A stretch of 32,000 bases of DNA from Pseudomonas aeruginosa (GTDB lineage Bacteria; Pseudomonadota; Gammaproteobacteria; Pseudomonadales; Pseudomonadaceae). The position numbers were made by a program, and so were the translations under genes. Shown here piece by piece: positions 25,979 to 32,000 of the stretch; the first letter of the stretch is position 1; each line of letters starts with the position of its first letter. The DNA lies in contig NZ_LN831024.1 of the NCBI RefSeq assembly GCF_001457615.1, forward strand, positions 3,960,001 to 3,992,000, read 5' to 3'. A model generated the notes under the pieces. The model was not told the DNA's origin and searched no databases. It saw only the letters and a program-made list of their open reading frames with translations.

Positions 25979-28900
25979 CTACCAGGTATCCACGAACGGC
26001 CGCTTGCGCCCCGCCCTCGGCACCGGTTCTCCGGCGACGGCCAGGCCGCGCAGGAGCCAGGCGCGTGTCTCCGCCGGGTCGATCACCGCGTCGATCTCCA
26101 GGTAGCTGGCCATGTTCAGCGCCTTGCCGTTGCGGTAGGCCTTGTCCACCATGCCGCGGAACAGCGCCTCGCGCCGCTGGGGATCTTCCTCGGCCGCCAG
26201 CTCCTTGGCGAAGCCCAGCCGCACCGCGCCTTCCAGGCCCATGGCGCCGAACTCGCCGCTGGGCCAGGCGACGGTGAACAGCGGCGAATGGAAGCTGCCC
26301 GCCGCCATGGCCTGGGCTCCCAGTCCGTAGCCCTTGCGCAGGACCACGGTGAAGAACGGCACCGTCAGGCTGGCGGCGCTGACGAACATCCGCGAGACGT
26401 GGCGCACCGTGGCCTGTTTTTCCGCCTCCGGGCCGACCATGAAGCCAGGGGTGTCGCAGAGCGAGACGATCGGGATGTCGAAGGCGTCGCACAACTGCAT
26501 GAAGCGCGCGGCCTTGTCGCCAGCCGCGGCATCGATGGCGCCGCCGAGATGGCCAGGGTTGTTGGCGATCAGGCCGAACGCCCGGCCCTCGATGCGCAGC
26601 AGCGCGGTGACCAGGCCGGGAGCGAACTGGCGCCGCAGTTCCAGCACGCTGCCCCGGTCGGCCAGGACCTCGATCGCCTGGCGGATGTCGTAGGCACGCA
26701 GGCGGTTCTCCGGCACCAGGTGGCGCAACTCGCGCTGGTCGGCGCAACTCCAGTCGGGCAGCGGGTCCTGGAAATAGCCGAGATAGCGCCTGGCCACCGC
26801 GACCGCTTCGGCCTCGTCCTCCACCAGTACGTCGATCACTCCGTTGGGCCCCTGCACGCCCGTCGGACCGACCTCCTCGGCGGCGAAACGGCCCAGGCCG
26901 CCGCCCTCGATCATCGCCGGGCCGGCCATGCCGATGGTGGCGTCGCGGGTGGCGATGATCACATCGCAGCAGCCCAGCAACGCGGCATTGCCGGCGAAGC
27001 AGCGACCGGAGACCACTCCCACCAGCGGCACCAGCCCGGAGAGCCGGGCCATGCCGACGAAGGTATGGCAATCGAGGCCGGCGACGCCGACGAAATCGGT
27101 ATCGCCCGGGCGCCCGCCGCCGCCCTCGGCGAACAGCACCAGCGGCAAGCGCCACTGTTCGGCCAGGCCGAGCAGGCGGTCGGTCTTCTTGTGGTTCATC
27201 ACCCCCTGGGTGCCGGCGAACACCGTGTAGTCGTAGGCCAGTACCAGGCAACGCGCGGCCTGCACGCCGAAGCTGGCGGCCCCCACCGTACCGGTGCCGG
27301 CGACCAGGCCATCGGCGGGGCTCAGCTCCAGCAACTCCTCGGCGGAGCGCCGGCGACGCTGGGCGGCCAGGGCGAAACCGCCATATTCGCTGAAGCTGCC
27401 CTCGTCCAGCAGGTCGAGCACGTTCTCCCGCGCGGTACGCTGTCCGGTCTTGCGCCGCCTGGCCAGCGCCTGCGGACGACGCTCGTCGCCCAGCGCTGCC
27501 TGGCGCTCGAGTACCTCGGCGAGATCGGCGCGGATATGCGCCAGGTCCAGCGCCTGTTCGGTCGGTGCCTGCTCGTCGTCATCCTCCGTCGGTTCGAGGA
27601 ACAGCAGCGTCGCGCCCTCCTCCAGAGGCTCCCCGAGGCTCGCCGCGAGTCGCCGGACGATACCGCCGCCGGGTGCCTTGACCTCGAATTCCATCTTCAT
27701 CGCTTCCAGGATCGCGACCCGCTGGCCGGCACGCACCCGTTCGCCATCGGCCACTTCCAGGGCCACCAGCACCCCGCTGCTCGGCGCAGACAGCGGCAGG
27801 CTGCCGAGTGGCGCCTCGACCCGCGCAGGCGCGGCGTCCTCGGCGAGCGGGCACTCGGCGCGGAGCCGCGGATGGCTCGCCGGGATAGGCGCCAGCAGTG
27901 TCTCCAGGTGGCTTTCGACGAAGCGGGTGTCGACCCGGTTGGCCTGTACCGCCGGATGCAGCAGAAGGTTGCGCAGCAGATCCAGGTTGCTCGCCACGCC
28001 CTCCAGGCGGAATTCGCAGAGCGCCCGGTAGGCCCGGCGCAACGCGGCGGGATAATCCGCACCGCGCACGACCAGCTTGGCCAGCAGCGAATCGTAGCTG
28101 GGGCTGACCCGATAGCCGGCATAGCCGTAGCCGTCCACCCGCAGGCCGGGACCGCTGGGCGGTTCGTAGGCGCCGATAGTGCCCACCGCCGGACGGGCGC
28201 TGCCGTCGGCCGCCAGGGTCTCCAGGTTGATCCGCAGTTGCACCGCGCAGCCGCCGATCGCCGGCGGTCGCTCCAGGCCGAGGGCGGCAAGCTCCATGCC
28301 GGCGGCGAGACGCAACTGGGCGTGCAGCAGGTCGACCCCGGTGACTTCCTCGGTGACGGTGTGCTCCACCTGGATGCGCGGATTGGCTTCCATGAAATAG
28401 AAGCGCCCGGGGCGCTCGTCGTCGACCAGGAACTCGAAGGTACCGATCCCCCGATAGCGCACCGCGCCGGCCATGCGCAGGGCGCAATCGATCAGCGCCT
28501 CGCGAGTGGCCTCCGGCAGGTCCGGGCTGGGGGCGATCTCCAGCAGCTTCTGCTGGCGCCGTTGCAGGCTGCAATCGCGCTCCCAGAGGTGGCTGACCGC
28601 ACCGCTGCCGTCGCCGAGCACCTGCACCTCGATGTGCCGCGCCCGCGCTACCCGTTGCTCGACGTATAACTCGTCCCGGCTGAACGCCGCCTGCGCCTCG
28701 GCACGGCAGCGGCGGTAGGCATCGGCCAGTTGCGCAACCTCCTCCACCGCGCGCATGCCACGTCCGCCGCCGCCGGCAAGGGCCTTGAGCATCACCGCGG
28801 AGCCATCGCCCAGCCCTTCCAGGAACGCCTCGGCCTCTTCGACGCTGACCGCACGGTTGATCCCGGCCACCAGCGGCACCTCCAGGCGCTCGGCCAGGGC

Positions 28901-29245
28901 GCGCGCGGCAGCCTTGTCGCCGAACAGGTCGAGCACTTCCGCTTGCGGCCCGACGAAGTGGATGCCCGCGCGCTGGCAGCGACGGGCGAATTCGCCGTTC
29001 TCGGCGAGGAAACCGTAGCCCGGATGGATCGCCTCGCAGCCCTGCTCCAGGGCCAGCGCGACCAGCCGATCCATGTCGAGATAGGCCGCCACGCCACGGC
29101 CGGCCAGCGGCAGCGCGACATCGGCCTTGCGCACGTGCAGGGACGCGGCATCGTCTTCCGCGAACACCGCCACCGAGCGGATACCCAGGTCGGCGCAGGC
29201 GCGGGCGATGCGAATGGCGATCTCGCCGCGGTTGGCGATCAGCAA
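25979..29245 (-). CDS. Single-chain biotin-dependent acyl-CoA carboxylase (biotin carboxylase + BCCP + carboxyltransferase fused); usually annotated as a probable pyruvate carboxylase
   Basis: ORF of 1088 aa. The N-terminus has the ATP-grasp biotin carboxylase domain (LIANRGEIAIRIARA...). Mid-protein is the biotinyl-Lys motif (ILEAMKMEFEV). The C-terminal roughly 500 aa resemble acyl-CoA carboxyltransferase beta subunits (PCCB/AccD5-like: AEGGGGRPGD, GRCFAGNAALLG), not the PC TIM-barrel CT. The only start codon available in frame is TTG 29245 (see findings). Confidence 0.88.
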   Translation of the reverse strand: MLIANRGEIAIRIARACADLGIRSVAVFAEDDAASLHVRKADVALPLAGRGVAAYLDMDRLVALALEQGCEAIHPGYGFLAENGEFARRCQRAGIHFVGPQAEVLDLFGDKAAARALAERLEVPLVAGINRAVSVEEAEAFLEGLGDGSAVMLKALAGGGGRGMRAVEEVAQLADAYRRCRAEAQAAFSRDELYVEQRVARARHIEVQVLGDGSGAVSHLWERDCSLQRRQQKLLEIAPSPDLPEATREALIDCALRMAGAVRYRGIGTFEFLVDDERPGRFYFMEANPRIQVEHTVTEEVTGVDLLHAQLRLAAGMELAALGLERPPAIGGCAVQLRINLETLAADGSARPAVGTIGAYEPPSGPGLRVDGYGYAGYRVSPSYDSLLAKLVVRGADYPAALRRAYRALCEFRLEGVASNLDLLRNLLLHPAVQANRVDTRFVESHLETLLAPIPASHPRLRAECPLAEDAAPARVEAPLGSLPLSAPSSGVLVALEVADGERVRAGQRVAILEAMKMEFEVKAPGGGIVRRLAASLGEPLEEGATLLFLEPTEDDDEQAPTEQALDLAHIRADLAEVLERQAALGDERRPQALARRRKTGQRTARENVLDLLDEGSFSEYGGFALAAQRRRRSAEELLELSPADGLVAGTGTVGAASFGVQAARCLVLAYDYTVFAGTQGVMNHKKTDRLLGLAEQWRLPLVLFAEGGGGRPGDTDFVGVAGLDCHTFVGMARLSGLVPLVGVVSGRCFAGNAALLGCCDVIIATRDATIGMAGPAMIEGGGLGRFAAEEVGPTGVQGPNGVIDVLVEDEAEAVAVARRYLGYFQDPLPDWSCADQRELRHLVPENRLRAYDIRQAIEVLADRGSVLELRRQFAPGLVTALLRIEGRAFGLIANNPGHLGGAIDAAAGDKAARFMQLCDAFDIPIVSLCDTPGFMVGPEAEKQATVRHVSRMFVSAASLTVPFFTVVLRKGYGLGAQAMAAGSFHSPLFTVAWPSGEFGAMGLEGAVRLGFAKELAAEEDPQRREALFRGMVDKAYRNGKALNMASYLEIDAVIDPAETRAWLLRGLAVAGEPVPRAGRKRPFVDTW

Positions 29246-29384
29246 GGCGTTGAAGGGGGAGCGGTCACGGCAGGTTCTCCGGGGAGCGGGTCAGGCGGCC
29301 GGCGAAAGGAGCTGGCCCGGCGGCGCGTTGGTCATCGTCGCAGGCATCTTAGGCAGCCGAAGGAAGCGGCAGAACTGAGGCTTA

Positions 29385-29402
29385 TTCATCGACATCCATG
29401 AA
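29385..29402. promoter_or_regulatory. Dyad TTCAT-N8-ATGAA in the divergent carboxylase / LysR intergenic region (candidate LysR site)
   Basis: Read directly in the least GC-rich part of the 227-bp intergenic region. It is unverified. Confidence 0.25.
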
Positions 29403-29472
29403 GCCTATGCATGGTTCTATCGGCGAGCATGCCTGCTAGGCTGGCGCCTTCCCCAGACAGGCGCGCGCAAAC

Positions 29473-30393
29473 ATGAATCAGCCACATGAATGGTCGCCCC
29501 TCAGCCGTTTCGATCTGAACCTGTTCCGGGTCTTCGAAGTGGTCTATCGAGAACGCAACCTGACCCGCGCGGCGGGCCTCCTGCATCTCAGCCAGTCGGC
29601 CGTCAGCCACGCCCTGGCGCGCCTGCGCGACCAGCTCGGCGACCCGCTGTTCGTCCGCCAGGGGCGCGGGGTTGCGCCGACGCCGCTGGCCGAGCGACTG
29701 GCGCCGGGCATCCATGACGCCCTCGCCGGCCTGCACCGCAGCATGAATCGCTGCCAGACGTTCGACCCTCGGCGCGACGCGCGGACCTTCCAACTGAACA
29801 TGCCGGAGCAACTGGAGCCGCTGGTGCTCCCGGCGATCCTCGCCCACCTGCGCCAGGCCGCGCCGCGCATCGAGATACGCTGCAACAGCCTGCACTGGGC
29901 GGACCTGAAGGCGGAACTGGGCGCCGGACGCATCGACCTCGCCATCGAGATCGCCCGGCCCACCGACGCCGCCCTGCGCCGCCAGCACCTGCTCGACGAC
30001 AGCCTGTGCGTGATGGCCGGGCCGGGCTTCGCCGGCGAACTGAGTGCGGAGGAGTACCTGGCGGCGGACCATGTCGCGGTGACCTCGCGGCGACGCGGCA
30101 TCTGCATCGAAGACCTGGCCCTCGGCCACCTCGGCCTGACCCGCCAGGTGCGCCAGCGCTGCCAGCACTACCTGTCGGCGGCGTTGCTGGTGGCCCAGGG
30201 CGGCTACCTGCTGACCCTGACCCGAGGCTACGCCGAACTGATCAACCGCGGCCTGGGCAACCGCCTGCTGCCGATGCCGCTGGCCCTGCCAGCGGTGACT
30301 CTGAATCTCTACTGGTCGCGCCAGGCCGACGACGAAGCCGGCAGCCTCTGGCTGCGCGGCGAACTGGCGGAGCTGGCGACGCGCCTGCGCTGA
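29473..30393 (+). CDS. LysR-family transcriptional regulator (divergent from the carboxylase gene)
   Basis: ORF of 306 aa with a LysR wHTH (FDLNLFRVFEVVYRERNLTRAAGLLHLSQSAVSHALARLRDQLGDPLF). Confidence 0.9.
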   Translation: MNQPHEWSPLSRFDLNLFRVFEVVYRERNLTRAAGLLHLSQSAVSHALARLRDQLGDPLFVRQGRGVAPTPLAERLAPGIHDALAGLHRSMNRCQTFDPRRDARTFQLNMPEQLEPLVLPAILAHLRQAAPRIEIRCNSLHWADLKAELGAGRIDLAIEIARPTDAALRRQHLLDDSLCVMAGPGFAGELSAEEYLAADHVAVTSRRRGICIEDLALGHLGLTRQVRQRCQHYLSAALLVAQGGYLLTLTRGYAELINRGLGNRLLPMPLALPAVTLNLYWSRQADDEAGSLWLRGELAELATRLR

Positions 30394-30408
30394 GCGCGGG
30401 CGCTGCGT

Positions 30409-30750
30409 CTAGGGCTTCGCCGCCTTGGCGCGGGCCTTCTGCAGCCACTGCCCGGCCTTCGCCGAACACTCCGTGACATAGGTCGTATCGATCGCGCAGC
30501 GCTCCCCGGTGGCCTTGAGCAGGTAGGCGGCATCGGCTACCTCGTAGTCGGTGTGCCGGCGCGGCGTACCGTTCGCCTGGGATTCGCGTTCGTCCTCGCG
30601 GATGTCGCAGTACAGCGCATTGCTGCGGGCGAACAGTTCTAGGCACTCGGCATCCTTGCCCAGCAATGGGTTGGCGCTGTCCTCGGCGGACTTGGAGCAG
30701 CCGCCGAGCAGCAGGCAGGCGCAGGCAATCGTGGCAAGCGGGCTACGCAT
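30409..30750 (-). CDS. Small lipoprotein, function unknown
   Basis: ORF of 113 aa with AAGGAA SD 8 nt upstream. It has a signal peptide with a lipobox (ACACLLLGG|C). The mature part has four further Cys residues. Confidence 0.75.
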   Translation of the reverse strand: MRSPLATIACACLLLGGCSKSAEDSANPLLGKDAECLELFARSNALYCDIREDERESQANGTPRRHTDYEVADAAYLLKATGERCAIDTTYVTECSAKAGQWLQKARAKAAKP

Positions 30751-30830
30751 GTGTCCGTTTCCTTGGCCATGGAGAGTGCGCCATTAAAACAGCCCCGGCG
30801 CCTCGGCGCACCCGCGGCGTGCCCATGGTG

Positions 30831-31463
30831 CTACTCCGCATCCCCCTGCCCCAGCAGCGCCCGGTACTTCACCGCCGCCGCGGTCCGCGACGGCACGTCC
30901 AGCGCCCGCAGCAGCGACGACACATGGATGCGCACCGTGTAGTGGGAGATGTCCAGGGCGCGGCCGATCTCCTTGTTGCTCTTGCCCTGGGCCAGCAGGC
31001 GCAGGACATCCAGTTGGCGCTCGGTGAGCCCCTCCAGGCGCGGGCTGGGCTGCAGCGGCAGGAGGCCGGAGGGTTCGTAGCGCACCAGCACTTCCCCGGC
31101 GCGGATGGCCAGAATCGCCTGGCCGAGTTCCTCGGGCGCGATGCTCTTGCCGAGGAAGCCGTCGGCCCCTGCGTTCATCACTTCGCCGATGAGCTGCGGG
31201 TCGTCGACCATCGAGACGACGATCAGGGTGGTGCGCGGGAACCGGCGGCGCAGGTCGGCGAGCATCTCGATGCGGGTCAGGCCGGGGAAACGCAGGTCGA
31301 GGATCAGCGAATCGGGCTGCTCGCCTTCGTCAGCCAGGCGCAGGACCCCGGCGAGATCGCCGGCCTCCTCGATCCTGGCCTCGGGCAGCAGGCGCTGGAG
31401 GATACTCAGCATGCCCTCGCGAAACAGCGGATGATCATCGGCGACGATGATGCGGCCAGTCAT
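30831..31463 (-). CDS. NarL/FixJ-family two-component response regulator (REC + LuxR-type HTH)
   Basis: ORF of 210 aa. It has a receiver domain (RIIVADDHPLFREG...LILDLRFPG) and a C-terminal LuxR HTH (LTERQLDVLRLLAQGKSNKEIGRALDISHYTVRIHVSSLLRAL). Confidence 0.9.
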   Translation of the reverse strand: MTGRIIVADDHPLFREGMLSILQRLLPEARIEEAGDLAGVLRLADEGEQPDSLILDLRFPGLTRIEMLADLRRRFPRTTLIVVSMVDDPQLIGEVMNAGADGFLGKSIAPEELGQAILAIRAGEVLVRYEPSGLLPLQPSPRLEGLTERQLDVLRLLAQGKSNKEIGRALDISHYTVRIHVSSLLRALDVPSRTAAAVKYRALLGQGDAE

Positions 31464-31530
31464 TCTTGTAGTCTCCAGGAGTCGCAGTTTCCGCCGCGCA
31501 TGCTACCTTAGCCCGCTACCGCCGCGCCCA

Positions 31531-31557
31531 CCCTTCGTCCGTCTTCGTGACGAAGGG
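31531..31557. promoter_or_regulatory. Inverted repeat CCCTTCGTC-N9-GACGAAGGG in the divergent response-regulator / sensor-kinase intergenic region
   Basis: Perfect 9-bp arms were read directly, 52 nt upstream of the sensor gene ATG. It could be an operator or a 5'-UTR hairpin. Confidence 0.35.
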
Positions 31558-31608
31558 GGCGAAACAGAGGAAAAGGCGCGCGGCGCTCCCATGCACACGG
31601 AGGTGCAC

Positions 31609-32000
31609 ATGAAGTTCGAGAAGAATACCGAGCTGGACCAGGCCAACCTGCGACTGATCGTGGCCACCTGCGCGATCCTCTACGTGGTGCTGATCGGCCT
31701 GCTGCCCGGCCTGAAGGTCGAGACCTACCTGCCGATCGTTGCCTACTACGGCCTGTTCCTGATCGCCTCCATACTGCTGCGCCAGGCCATCGTGCGCTGG
31801 CCGGGGCACTACCCGGCGCGGCGGATCTTCTGCATGCTGCACGACTACGCCGGCACCTCGTTCGGCCTGATCGTGGGCGGCGAGGCAGCGCTGCCGCTGT
31901 ACGCGGTGATGGTCTGGATCAACCTGGGCAACGGCATGCGCTACGGCTCGCGCTACCTGGCCATCGCCACCGCCCTGGCGCTGCTCGCGCTACTGGTCAT
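31609..32000 (+). CDS. Membrane sensor (hybrid histidine kinase) N-terminal RpfC-like multi-TM input domain; 3' part lies beyond the window (PA1396-like)
   Basis: Absent from the track because it runs off the edge. ATG 31609 has GGAGG 6 nt upstream, and my reading is stop-free to 32000: MKFEKNTELDQANLRLIVATCAILYVVLIGLLPGLKVETYLPIVAYYGLFLIASILLRQAIVRWPGHYPARRIFCMLHDYAGTSFGLIVGGEAALPLYAVMVWINLGNGMRYGSRYLAIATALALLALLV. This contains several TM helices. The kinase identity is inferred from synteny and memory, since no kinase domain is visible in the window. Confidence 0.7.
   Translation, partial: MKFEKNTELDQANLRLIVATCAILYVVLIGLLPGLKVETYLPIVAYYGLFLIASILLRQAIVRWPGHYPARRIFCMLHDYAGTSFGLIVGGEAALPLYAVMVWINLGNGMRYGSRYLAIATALALLALLV

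Noticed and set aside
25979-29245. The common annotation of this product as pyruvate carboxylase.
   Set aside because: The C-terminal half reads like an acyl-CoA carboxyltransferase (PCCB/AccD-like) rather than the HMGL-like TIM-barrel CT domain of pyruvate carboxylase. I therefore called it a single-chain acyl-CoA carboxylase, pending an HMM check.
30751-30830. A terminator between the response-regulator gene and the lipoprotein gene (GCGCC-ga-GGCGC followed by a distant TTTT on the minus strand).
   Set aside because: The stem is only 4-5 bp with a 2-4-nt loop, and the T-run is 8 nt away. That is too weak to call, so the two genes may be co-transcribed.

Overview
This is a high-GC (about 66-67%) chromosomal segment. 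From memory, gene content and order match the Pseudomonas aeruginosa PAO1 core region PA1424 down to PA1396, read in reverse orientation; the landmarks are bdlA, gbuR-gbuA and aphA. I could not run a database search to confirm this. I call 29 protein-coding genes, two of them cut by the window edges. Most starts are trimmed from the raw ORF track using SD placement and family N-termini. I also call several intrinsic terminators, candidate operators and one sRNA locus. I saw no rRNA, tRNA, CRISPR array, integrase or transposase, and no GC-anomalous island. This looks like ordinary core genome, not a mobile or accessory island. Findings worth a second look: (1) seven co-directional genes behind guanidinobutyrase gbuA (NTF2-like protein, two transporters, AruI-like TPP decarboxylase, GlcD-like FAD oxidase, MBL hydrolase) look like an uncharacterised guanidino/2-oxo-acid catabolic module, split by an internal terminator. 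(2) The PA1414-like locus has an Anr/FNR-type class II promoter, a perfect 12-bp hairpin and a terminator, so it looks like a structured RNA (I recall it as the sRNA SicX) that may also encode a 44-aa hydrophobic peptide. (3) The single-chain BC-BCCP-CT carboxylase has no canonical start codon. An SD-preceded GTG sits one frame off, across a C5 homopolymer tract. (4) A TetR operator lies next to an O-methyltransferase and a SnoaL-like gene. (5) A UvrD-like helicase carries a Lys-Ala-Pro tail and is paired with a 75-aa acidic protein. (6) aphA is paired with an orphan polyamine-binding protein. All functional assignments come from motif reading and memory of the protein families, not from searches.
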